A DNA stretch of 64,000 bases from a virus, in the IMG/VR virus record IMGVR_UViG_3300048930_000409, positions 12,212 through 76,211 of that record, one strand, 5' to 3'. Of this stretch, positions 27,588 through 37,300 are shown piece after piece (position 1 is the stretch's first letter; every line of letters begins with the position of its first letter). A program made the translations under genes and the position numbers. The notes under the pieces were generated by a model. It saw only the letters and a list, made by a program, of their open reading frames with translations. It was not told where the DNA came from and ran no database searches.

Positions 27588-27849
27588 GCTTGGTGACCCC
27601 CATCAGCTGGTACACCAGTTTGCGCGTTTCCCGGAGTTCAACGTCTTGTTCGGCGATACGCTTGTCGCGGATGTCGATGGCCTCTTTGGCAGCCTTCTCG
27701 ATGACAGCGACGATACGCTCGTGCGACGTGGCAAACAGCCACCACGGCTTTGCTTTCCACCCGCCATACAGGATGGCGAGCAACAAGGCGCCGATTGACC
27801 CGCCGCCGATAGCTTTGAGAATCAGATCAAACGACGGGTCAGTCGGCAT
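27547..27849 (-). CDS. holin-like membrane protein (TM plus coiled coil)
   Basis: GGGSIGALLLAILYGG TM followed by a charged coil. Confidence 0.6.
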   Translation of the reverse strand: MPTDPSFDLILKAIGGGSIGALLLAILYGGWKAKPWWLFATSHERIVAVIEKAAKEAIDIRDKRIAEQDVELRETRKLVYQLMGVTKHVIEAKKEEAPRD

Positions 27850-27853
27850 GGCA

Positions 27854-28207
27854 TTACTTCTTTGGAGCGGGGGCCTTGACCAGCACCATCTTCTGGAAGT
27901 CCCACGAGTCAACGTCGGGGTCGCCCTTGGCTTCCGTGATCAGCCGACGCGTCAGCGCCTGGGTCTGCGTCTTGGAGGCCGCCTCGCGCATGGTGGCGTT
28001 CTCGGCCAGGAGTTGAGAGATGAGCGCATCTTTCTGGGCGAGCTGTTCCTGCATTCGCAACAGCGCTGCTTCGAACTGCCCAGCCTTCTGTTCTGCGGTC
28101 AAGGTCGCCCCGACGGTCAGGGCGTTCGGGGCGGTCGTCTGGCCGTAGGCCATCGTGCCGAGGATCAGCATCGTGGCCGTGAGTGTTCCGAAGATGAACC
28201 GAATCAT
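27854..28207 (-). CDS. exported coiled-coil protein
   Basis: AAGGAG RBS; signal peptide ending AYG|Q. Confidence 0.65.
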   Translation of the reverse strand: MIRFIFGTLTATMLILGTMAYGQTTAPNALTVGATLTAEQKAGQFEAALLRMQEQLAQKDALISQLLAENATMREAASKTQTQALTRRLITEAKGDPDVDSWDFQKMVLVKAPAPKK

Positions 28208-28285
28208 GTGTGCTCCTTGCACGTCACCGGTAGCGGTGACTCGTTAAAGGGGGAATCGGCGCGGAGCGACCGCGCCGATCCAGGG

Positions 28286-28747
28286 TTACCGGCGCACGGC
28301 CCGGACGAAGGCCCCGGTGCGCTGGTTGATGCCGGTCAGGTCCGTGCGGCCATCGCCGTCCAGATCTCCGGCCGTCCAGACCATGTTCGGGCTGAGGCGT
28401 ACCCACTCGAACTGCTCCCAGACACCCATGGCGGCGTAGGGCGACGTGTAGCCGAACGGCGTCGACTTCACGAGCAGGTGCCATTCCGAGTCGGCGTTGT
28501 AGATCAGGATGTCGGCCGTGGGCTTGACGCGCACGGGGACCGCCGGACCGTAGACGTTCAGGTGTGTCGGCGGCGCGTAGGCATCGTTCAGCACCAGAAC
28601 CTGGCATCGGCAGATGCCACCGGGGTCCGACTGCTCGACGAACGTGGACCCGTTCGCGGCAGGGAAGGTACGGTCCTGCGCTTCGGCGGGCGCCGCCAGC
28701 GTGGACATCAGGAACAGCATCATCAGGGACCACAGAAACTTCGTCAT
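28286..28747 (-). CDS. exported protein with FG-GAP-like Ca-binding loop
   Basis: Signal peptide AEA|Q; GDLDGDGRTDL. Confidence 0.7.
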   Translation of the reverse strand: MTKFLWSLMMLFLMSTLAAPAEAQDRTFPAANGSTFVEQSDPGGICRCQVLVLNDAYAPPTHLNVYGPAVPVRVKPTADILIYNADSEWHLLVKSTPFGYTSPYAAMGVWEQFEWVRLSPNMVWTAGDLDGDGRTDLTGINQRTGAFVRAVRR

Positions 28748-28842
28748 GTTCTCATCCTCAAGGGTGGGCGTCCGGATCGACGCGACCCCCGAATGGTACC
28801 GCGACACGGGGGCATATCCCCTGCAAAGTCGCGGTACTGGTA

Positions 28843-29097
28843 TTAGGTCAATGACTCGCGTACGTCGATCTCGTCCATCATGACTTGCGTGCTCGTCGGC
28901 GTACGCAGTCCGGCGAGCATGCCCCCGAACGACACAGGCACGGTCGCCGCGATGGGGAACCCCGGCTTGCCCGCCGCAATGTTCGCAGCGACGAGCGTGT
29001 TGATGGCGTTGACGTCGGTACCCAGCGCCTGCGCGGCAAGCGCCTTTGTCAGGTAGTAGTCGCGGAACTGCAAGGCGCGAATCTCGTAGACCTTCAT
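28843..29097 (-). CDS. hypothetical protein downstream of the tail fibre
   Basis: AAGGAG RBS. Confidence 0.6.
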   Translation of the reverse strand: MKVYEIRALQFRDYYLTKALAAQALGTDVNAINTLVAANIAAGKPGFPIAATVPVSFGGMLAGLRTPTSTQVMMDEIDVRESLT

Positions 29098-29109
29098 GTA
29101 GTCGTCTCC

Positions 29110-32100
29110 TTACGGGCAGAGCCCTGAGTAATTGACAATCAACCCACCAGACACAATCAAATTGCACGAAGCCGTAACAGCAAGCGTCCCGCTCCAGCCG
29201 GGGGTTGATCCTGCGTAGTATTGCGTCGCGTACATAGTGTCCCACGGGTTAGACGCTGAACCGATACGGGATGTGCTTGTCGCTTCCCCGGACTCGAAGG
29301 CGTACGATTGCCCAGACACCGCCGGCACACCGAGGTAGAGCGTCTGAACACCTGACACAACGCCTAGTTGAAGGTGCGCCGAACCGCCACGCATGTTCAG
29401 GTAGTCGCCAGTGGCGTTGCCCCAAATAGATGCGTCAGGAGATCCTGCTGTGCCCCACGAGATCGCCTTTGCTGCTGCGTAAGTTGACGTGCCTGCAACG
29501 AAGTTCAGGCCGTTGTTTTGCGTCAGCGCGAAGTTGCCCGTGCTCGTAACGTTGCCGCCCGTCGACAGTAGAATGCTGCCCGTGCTGGTGATATCGCCTG
29601 AATTGCCGTCGAACTCGAGCGTACAGCCAACTGCTGTCTTACACAGCCGGAAGTAGCGGTCAGTAATCTGCACGTACCCCTTGGCGCCGACGCCCGAATG
29701 CCAATCGCCGAGCAACCACCCGTTCGCCGCACTCAACGACGCATAGAGTGTGCCTGCAGAGTTGTATGCCTCGATAGCGCCGCCGTACGTGATCTGGAAT
29801 CGTTCATTGGACACCGACCCGAACTTCGCCATTGACGCATCGAGGATAGTTCGTGCCGTGCCGGCCGTGTCGTTGATCTGCACCTGCGTCGAGTTGACGA
29901 CCACGCGCTGCGTTGTGCCGACGCGGAACAACGCCTGCGTGCTATCGATGTACAAGTTCTCCTGTCCAGCACCATCCTGGCCAATGAGCACCGCGCCCGT
30001 CGAACGGTCCACATAGAACCTCCGTTCGGCCGCATCGTCGTACATCTGGATGCCCGGAGAAGACAACGTGATCAAGGGGTTGGTGCCCCATCGCAACGCG
30101 ACGACCCCAGGATCGATGTACGTGTTGGCCTGCCCCGCGCCTGACTGACCCAGCAGAATGCTCGCATCGGGTGCAAAGCGAGCGTTCTGCGTCGTGCCGC
30201 TAGTCATGAAGCGAATGCCGTTCGTCGTGTCGATACCGAGCCACCCACCTGAAGGGTTGCCGAACGCGGCGCCCCATACGGTGGAGGCGCCATAGTCGAA
30301 CAGCCCCTTCATGTTGCCGAGCGCCCATCGCGTCGACAGGGCGTTGTACGTCGTGCTGGTGCGCTCGTATCCCTGAATGGTCGGCCCCTGCTCGCCACTG
30401 CCCTTGATCGACTGGATAGCGTACATGTTGATGCCGCCATCCCCCGTCGTGCCAGTGTTCGCCAACGCGACGCCGCCTGCCCACGCGCGGGCCGGGAACA
30501 CGCCACCGTAGCCGCGCGTCACGTCGTAGGAATACGGCGTCAGACCGATGCCCACAATCTCGACGGTCACACTGCGCCAATTCGCCGATGAGATCGTCAG
30601 GGGCGAGGACGCGGCCACCGACGTGGCCAGGATCGGCCCATTGCTGTCGAAGCTGGCCGATTCCGGCACGGCGGTATTGTTCGAGCGCAGGGTGTACCCC
30701 GAAGGAGCGTTCTGGATGTTCGTACCTGCCGACGACATCGCCGCCCGCGCGACCCAGGAACTGTAGTCGGATTTGGACAGCGTCAGCGACGGGTACGACA
30801 GCGACGTACTGGCGGCGCCGTTGTCGTGGCTGCACGACACAGGAATCGGCATGGTGCCCGCACTGCTGCGATACACGGACGACATTACACTGGTTGCGTT
30901 CGTCCACGTGCCCGACGCGGTACCCGCGCCCGAAGCAATCAGGTATCCCACGCGTACACTGGTACTGCCCCCGCTCTGCGTACACAGCGTGGTCCACCCG
31001 CCGCCCGGCAGAGAAGGCGCCGTCGCAGCGTTCCGGAACGCGAACACCAGCAACAGGTCGCCCGCCTGATGCGTGGGCAGCGTGACGCTTGTGGCAACCG
31101 CTTCGGCTTCTCCCACGAACGAGATACTCGACGCCCCGGCGCGTGGCCCGCCCGTCACCTGCACGAACTCGGTCTGCAAGTTGTCATTAATGTAGGCGAT
31201 GTCATTGACCGCCATCTCGTTGTGCGTGGTCAGGAACGTGGTGGCTCCCGAGGAGACCGCCGCTTCCAGCTTAGTTGTCGGCGTGACCAGTACGGCACCG
31301 CCGACAGTCGAAATGGCATCCTGCGCGACCAGCGTCGTCGCGAACAGGCTCCGGACCCACAGGTTCGCGTACTGACTGGCGTAGACTCCCAGGTCCGTCG
31401 TGAAGTCCTGGTCCGGCCCGACCTGACGCACACCGGGGCCAAAGTACAGGCCATTGGCGATGCTGGCCGCTGCCGTCGACCGAAACAACGTCGACCACGA
31501 CGACCCGGCATCGTTCCCGGCCTCGAACCGGAAGTTGCCCCCGACGATGCCAGCACGCCAGTTGCGCGACCCCGAGGCATTACCCGTCGCGTTGTACTCC
31601 CAGTAGGCGTTCGTGCCCGTATTGCCGATCCAGGTGCGCCCGCTGTCATAGGCACGAAGCAATGCGGTCGCGCCTGTGGCTGAGTCATAGACCGTGAACG
31701 GATCGGCCGACCCGCGATAGCCAGTGGCCGTGACCAGGTCATTGACCGTCAAGGGCTCAACAAACGTGATAGCCGTATCCCCGAACTGCGCGACGTTGGC
31801 GCTGTCGGCGACGTTGCGGATGTCGACGGTCCCACTACTGGTGCGAATCCCTCCGGTGCCCGTGATCAGGTCGTTGGCCCCGGACAGAGACAGGTTGGCG
31901 TTGACCGTGGTCGCGCGGTTCAGGGCAATCGCCGAGTCGCCAATCGTCGCGGAGTCCGACGAATCGGCGACGTTCCGAATCACCACGCTGCCCGAGCCTG
32001 CGCGAATACCGCCCGTCCCGACGATGAGGTCGTTGGCGCCGCCAATTGTGAGCGCGCCATTGCTGGTCAACCCTCCGTTGAAGATCGCGGTCGCCGTGAA

Positions 32101-32391
32101 GGTCTGGGCCGGCACCCATGTCTGGGCAGTGTCGGTGAAGCCCGTCACGCCTGGCAGGTCCGTCTTGGCCAGAGCGCGGCGGACCACCTCGAAGTTCGAC
32201 GTCCCGATCAGGAGCACCTGCGTGCCGCCCGAAGTGCCTAGGCCCTCCAACCGCACGGTAGACCCTGCAGGCGGCGCGTACGTGCCGACCGACAAGGCAC
32301 CCGCGACCTGGTTCGGTTGTGCCTGTAGCGTCCCTGCAGACGCCCACAGGGCCATCCACACGACCATCATCACCATCCATCGGTGCATCAT
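29110..32391 (-). CDS. tail fibre/receptor-binding-like protein with N-terminal signal-peptide-like sequence
   Basis: About 1090 aa, G/S/T/A-rich, internal repeat GANDL.TGTGGIR...IRNVADS; located after the hub gene. Confidence 0.75.
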   Translation of the reverse strand: MMHRWMVMMVVWMALWASAGTLQAQPNQVAGALSVGTYAPPAGSTVRLEGLGTSGGTQVLLIGTSNFEVVRRALAKTDLPGVTGFTDTAQTWVPAQTFTATAIFNGGLTSNGALTIGGANDLIVGTGGIRAGSGSVVIRNVADSSDSATIGDSAIALNRATTVNANLSLSGANDLITGTGGIRTSSGTVDIRNVADSANVAQFGDTAITFVEPLTVNDLVTATGYRGSADPFTVYDSATGATALLRAYDSGRTWIGNTGTNAYWEYNATGNASGSRNWRAGIVGGNFRFEAGNDAGSSWSTLFRSTAAASIANGLYFGPGVRQVGPDQDFTTDLGVYASQYANLWVRSLFATTLVAQDAISTVGGAVLVTPTTKLEAAVSSGATTFLTTHNEMAVNDIAYINDNLQTEFVQVTGGPRAGASSISFVGEAEAVATSVTLPTHQAGDLLLVFAFRNAATAPSLPGGGWTTLCTQSGGSTSVRVGYLIASGAGTASGTWTNATSVMSSVYRSSAGTMPIPVSCSHDNGAASTSLSYPSLTLSKSDYSSWVARAAMSSAGTNIQNAPSGYTLRSNNTAVPESASFDSNGPILATSVAASSPLTISSANWRSVTVEIVGIGLTPYSYDVTRGYGGVFPARAWAGGVALANTGTTGDGGINMYAIQSIKGSGEQGPTIQGYERTSTTYNALSTRWALGNMKGLFDYGASTVWGAAFGNPSGGWLGIDTTNGIRFMTSGTTQNARFAPDASILLGQSGAGQANTYIDPGVVALRWGTNPLITLSSPGIQMYDDAAERRFYVDRSTGAVLIGQDGAGQENLYIDSTQALFRVGTTQRVVVNSTQVQINDTAGTARTILDASMAKFGSVSNERFQITYGGAIEAYNSAGTLYASLSAANGWLLGDWHSGVGAKGYVQITDRYFRLCKTAVGCTLEFDGNSGDITSTGSILLSTGGNVTSTGNFALTQNNGLNFVAGTSTYAAAKAISWGTAGSPDASIWGNATGDYLNMRGGSAHLQLGVVSGVQTLYLGVPAVSGQSYAFESGEATSTSRIGSASNPWDTMYATQYYAGSTPGWSGTLAVTASCNLIVSGGLIVNYSGLCP

Positions 32392-34382
32392 CACTGGTTC
32401 TCCAACGAAGACATGCCCACGAAGCCAGACGCCGTAGCGGCCGACATGTTCATTTCCAACTGGTAAACCCCGTCCACGGTCACCACCGGGAGATTGTGAA
32501 CAACCTCGGACACATTGGGTGCCGCGACAGCGCCGCTGCTCGCCGAGGCTGTGCCCAGAATGGTCGTGCCATCCGTGTAGTTCTTCATCCGGAACTGGCA
32601 CGTCAAGGCCCCGTTGCTGGATGAGAAGTAGGTGCGGAACCGCAACGCGTTCGGGAAGTCGGCTGCCTTGAGCAAGACCGGCACCGCATTCGGCACCGGG
32701 CGCCAGCCCGTCGTGTTGACCGGTTCGGAGTTGTTGCCGCCCAGCAGGATACGGACCGGGCCAGCCGTCGTGCCGCCCCCGCCTGTCGATCCACCCGTGC
32801 CCGGCGTCGCAGGAATCACGCCGCCCGGCGACGACGGCGCCGCCGCGCCCGACGACGACACGGCAGCGGCTTCGTTGTCGGGTGTCATCTCGCGCCAGAA
32901 GTCAATGAACCGCTCCCGGTACGAATTGCCGAGCGCCATTTCGATGACGTACTTCAGCGTGTAGGAATCGTCATCCACGCCCGACACGGACAGCACGACG
33001 AAGTTGACCGTCGACAAGCCTCGGTTCGGCAGGTTGACCGGCACACGGGCACCTACGACGGCGTACGTCTCGTCATAGGTTTCCATGGTCAACATGGTCT
33101 GTGGCGCTTGCCCGTACCGCGTGATCAGTTCGTCGGCATACGCCTGCGCGACTTCCTTGACCGAGGTCTGGGGGTAATCATCTGACCGGCTGAAGAACCC
33201 GTACGTCGAGACCCCTGTCGGATTGCCTGCGCCGACTACCAGCGGGAACTGTGTGACATACTCCACCAGAAGAAAATCGTTGCTGTCCAGCAGCGTTTCG
33301 GACACGTTCTGAACGATGCGGTTGTTCGCGGGGTCGTACTCGTACGGAGCGCCGGACCCCAACGCGCCCAAGACCTTGGTCGCATCCACGGCGCCAGGAT
33401 TCGTGGTCACGACAACTTGGCCGATGTCCTCGACTGGGTCGACCACGGGGAACGCGAACAGCGGGAAGTATCGCGTGACGCCGTCGCCGTAGATGTAGTC
33501 CGCGAAGTAGCCCTGGCCCGTGCCTCCGAAGAATACCCGCTGGTCGTTGCGGTAGTCGTCGAAGTTGCGTTCAATCTCGATGGTGCCTTCCAACGGCGTT
33601 GCGCTGGTCATGGTCGGCAACGTGACCGTCGAGGGCGGGTACGCGCGGAAGACATTGTCCGGCGTAATGGTCCAGATCCATTCCTCTTTCTGGACAAGGC
33701 GGTCCGTTGGCTCCATCCCTGGGCGCCATGAATAGCTGAGCAGCGATCCAATCGCGGACCCGGCCGGCATCGCGGGGTCCAAGCGCGTGCCGAACGCGAA
33801 GTTCAACGTCTGCTGAATGACCGTCAACGCGTCCTTGGTCGTCACGGACGGCAAGAAATACGTGTTGATCAGGATGCGGTTGATGTAGGAGTTGTAGTCC
33901 TGACACGTGACGGTGAACCGGTGGCCCGAGTCGGCCGAGAACGGTGACTCCCCCAGACGCGTGATGAACCCGCCCCACAGCCACTTGGCCAGAATGGACG
34001 ACGACGACACGGCGGCCCCGGCCGGGAACTCCAGCGTCCCCGCCGTGGATGAGCTCCTGGTCATGATTCGGGCGATCAGGGTAATGCCCGGCCCGCCGCC
34101 GTTCGGGATGGACAGGACGCGCCCGACGTCTGTCGTGTTCAAGGGCCCGCCCGCCGTCACGGTGAAGTTGACCGATCCGTTAACGGTCTGGATTGTCATG
34201 GTGCGACGGTCCTTGACCAGCTGCACCGTGTGGCCAATGACCGGCCGATACGACCCGTCCGTCGAGATCAGCGAGCACGTCAACGTGCCCTGCTCCTGGA
34301 CCGTGGACTCGTACTCCAACGTCCCCGGCACTAGGTGCAGGTTGCGGTCGGCGTTGTTGATGTACAGCGTCAGGACGTCCAT
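32391..34382 (-). CDS. minor tail (baseplate hub-like) protein
   Basis: 663 aa immediately after the tape measure gene. Confidence 0.75.
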   Translation of the reverse strand: MDVLTLYINNADRNLHLVPGTLEYESTVQEQGTLTCSLISTDGSYRPVIGHTVQLVKDRRTMTIQTVNGSVNFTVTAGGPLNTTDVGRVLSIPNGGGPGITLIARIMTRSSSTAGTLEFPAGAAVSSSSILAKWLWGGFITRLGESPFSADSGHRFTVTCQDYNSYINRILINTYFLPSVTTKDALTVIQQTLNFAFGTRLDPAMPAGSAIGSLLSYSWRPGMEPTDRLVQKEEWIWTITPDNVFRAYPPSTVTLPTMTSATPLEGTIEIERNFDDYRNDQRVFFGGTGQGYFADYIYGDGVTRYFPLFAFPVVDPVEDIGQVVVTTNPGAVDATKVLGALGSGAPYEYDPANNRIVQNVSETLLDSNDFLLVEYVTQFPLVVGAGNPTGVSTYGFFSRSDDYPQTSVKEVAQAYADELITRYGQAPQTMLTMETYDETYAVVGARVPVNLPNRGLSTVNFVVLSVSGVDDDSYTLKYVIEMALGNSYRERFIDFWREMTPDNEAAAVSSSGAAAPSSPGGVIPATPGTGGSTGGGGTTAGPVRILLGGNNSEPVNTTGWRPVPNAVPVLLKAADFPNALRFRTYFSSSNGALTCQFRMKNYTDGTTILGTASASSGAVAAPNVSEVVHNLPVVTVDGVYQLEMNMSAATASGFVGMSSLENQ

Positions 34383-34385
34383 GGA

Positions 34386-37300
34386 CTATCGCCTCACCAC
34401 GCCACGGTCGCGGAGGTACCGGGCACCGTGCCGCATGCTGGACCCGCCGATCTTCCGCCCGTCCAACCAGACATCGACGTTCGGCTGCGTGCTACCGGAC
34501 CGGTGCATATCGTCGCGCAACGGCCGCACGACCTCGGCCTCACGCTCGCCAATCATCGCCAACGTCGGCTTGTACACGATGCCGCCTGTTGCTAGATGCG
34601 GGACATTGAGCGTGGGGTCCGGGCGTTCCGACGCCGGCAGTTCCGGACCATCGCCTTGCTGCTCGAACTCGTACGGGATCTTGAGCGTCGGCATGTTGCG
34701 GAACTGGTTCGCAATAGTGTCGGGCAGCTCTCCGGTCTTGTTCGTGATCTCGTTGATACCACCCTTGGCTTTGTCGACAAACCCCTTCCACGCGGCAGGC
34801 ACTTCGCCCCCGAGGGCCGTGATCAGCGCGGCCAGTCCCGACATCAGAATGTTGTTCAACGACAGCTGCTCGTCCTTGATGACGCCCGTGGCAATCCCCT
34901 GCGCAATCAACTTGGCGGTCGCCTCGTCGATGGGGATGCCCATCTGATGGTGCGCCTCGTACACGTTCTGGAGATACCCCTGCATCAATCGGAGCGTCTC
35001 GTTCTCCGTGAATCCGGCGGCGATCAGGGAGTCGTACGTCTGCATCCCCTGGGTCTCCATATCGGCCAACGACTCGGCGTTCAAGGCTCCGGTGATCGAG
35101 GCCGCCATCATCATGGTGTTCAAGGCACTGGCCGAATCCACGAGCTCCCGGTTCTGATTAACCCGGTCACGGAACTCGGCCAACCCGGCGACGGCCGTCC
35201 CCTCCATCGACAGGCCCAGGCCCTGGTACATGCTGATCAGGGAATCGAGCGCTGGTCCCATAGCATCCAGTGCCGCAATCGTCCCCATGCCGCCCTGTTC
35301 GGCGGCGACGAACCCGGCCAGCGCAAGGCGCCCCATTCTGGCGAGTTCGTCTCCGGCGGTGGCGGCGCCCTGGGCCTGCTTGGCCATCAACTCGGCCAAT
35401 GCCTTGTTGGCTTCCTGTGCAGCCTTTCGGTTGGCGTCCGAGTCGTCGTCCTTCAACGCGGTCTGGGCATCCTCGACGGCTTTCCGCGCCGCCTCCATGT
35501 CCGTCTTCAACGTGCCGTACTGCTTGGACAGGCCGCCGAATACGCCGGTGAGGGCCGTGGAGTACTTCGTCGTCTGCTCGGCCAGTACCTTGTACACGTC
35601 AGCCGACCGCACGCCCATGGATTCGTTCAGGGCGATGATCTCGGCAATGACGGGCGGCGCGATGCGGCCAGTCGTCTCGACGGCCGTGACGATGTTAGCG
35701 AAGTTATCCTTGAGTACCTTGGCGGCATCAGCCGCGTCGAAGATGCCCCGCTCCAACATGACGAAGACATCGCGCAACTTGCCGATCTTGTCAAGGTTAG
35801 CATCCCACCCGCCAACCTCGCCGACGATGTCCGACATGTTGTACAGGCCAGCGGCCACCTGATCGCCGAACTGCTTCTTGCTCTTCTTGATTTTGTCGGC
35901 CAATCCCTTGCTGATGTCGCCGCCCCACTCCTGGCCGACATCTTCCATGATAGACCGCGTCTCGCGTCCACGCCAGTAGGCGACCATGATGCCGACGATA
36001 GCGCCCGCGACAGCGCCCCAGACACCGGCCACCATCATGCCCTTGCCCATGGAGGCTGCAATGCCCGCGCCGATGGCCCCGCCGTACATCGCCCCGGTCG
36101 AGGCACCGCCCAACATGTTCTTCATCAAAGAATCGCCCGACGTCGCCTGGGCCAGTGCCCCGACCCCGGCCAGCATCCCTGACGCCAGGCCCATCATCCC
36201 ATCCATCATCATCTGGCCGCCGCCAGCGACTTTTTTCTTCATCATGTCCCAGCCCTTGTCGAACTGGGCAAACCCTTCGGAGAACATGTCCCCGGCCGTC
36301 AAGGCGGCCTGTCCCGCGCCTGCGATGCCTGCGATGAACGACACCCAAGAATCCGCCCCGGCACCGACCGTCTGGGCAATCTGCTGGAACTGCTGGGTGA
36401 GGGTCGCCAACGGCGCCCGCCACGCGCCCAGGAACTTTCCGCTCATGGCAATTTGCGCGTCGTACATCTTCTTCCACGCTTTTCCGATGGACTCGGCGCT
36501 GAACTTGCCCGAATCCGCCATCTGCGTGAAGTCGGTCTCCGCCCCGTCGGCTGCTTCCTTCATGGCCTCGTTGGTCAGGATACCGGCTTCCCTCATGCGG
36601 AAGACGATGGTGTCTGCCGTGCGGTTGACGACGTCGATGCGGAACTGCGCCTCGGCATTGATGGCCGTGACCGCCTCGGCATACGCCCCGGCGTTTTCCG
36701 CCTTGGTCTGCTTCAGGCCTTCAATCTTGGCCTTGCGTTCGTTCTCGATTCCCTGAATCGTAGCAGCGACACGGGACGATTCGGAGTCCTGAATCGCCAG
36801 ATTCGACGCACGGGCCACCTGTGCGAGTGCTTCATACTCGTCGCGGGTATCCTGCTGGAGCTTGTTCATGTACGCGAGGTCCGACGTGTCCAACGTCATC
36901 TGTCCGCTGGCCGGGTCGAACATCGCAAACGCGTTCTTGTTGTTCAAGGCCTCCGACGCGTCGGCAACGCTCTTCAAGTTGCCGATCATCTCGATACCCC
37001 AGGCCCGGCCCGTGACGCGCAACTTGTCGATCTCGCTGCCCCACGCTTCGAGGACCAGCGGCATCGGCGTGTTCTGCGACACGGCCTCGTTAACGGCCTC
37101 GGACATGTCATACAGGTCCAGCAGGAACGCCGTCATCAGTGATTTGCGCGTCCGCTCGTACGGTTCCCGTGCGGCGCGGTCGTCGGCCTTGGGCGTCGTT
37201 GGCGGACCCGTCTCGGGCGGCTTGCCAGTCGGCTCGCCTGCAGGCGCCCCCGGTACCGGCGTCGACTTGCCCAACTGAATGTCCCGGTTCTTCACCCCCC

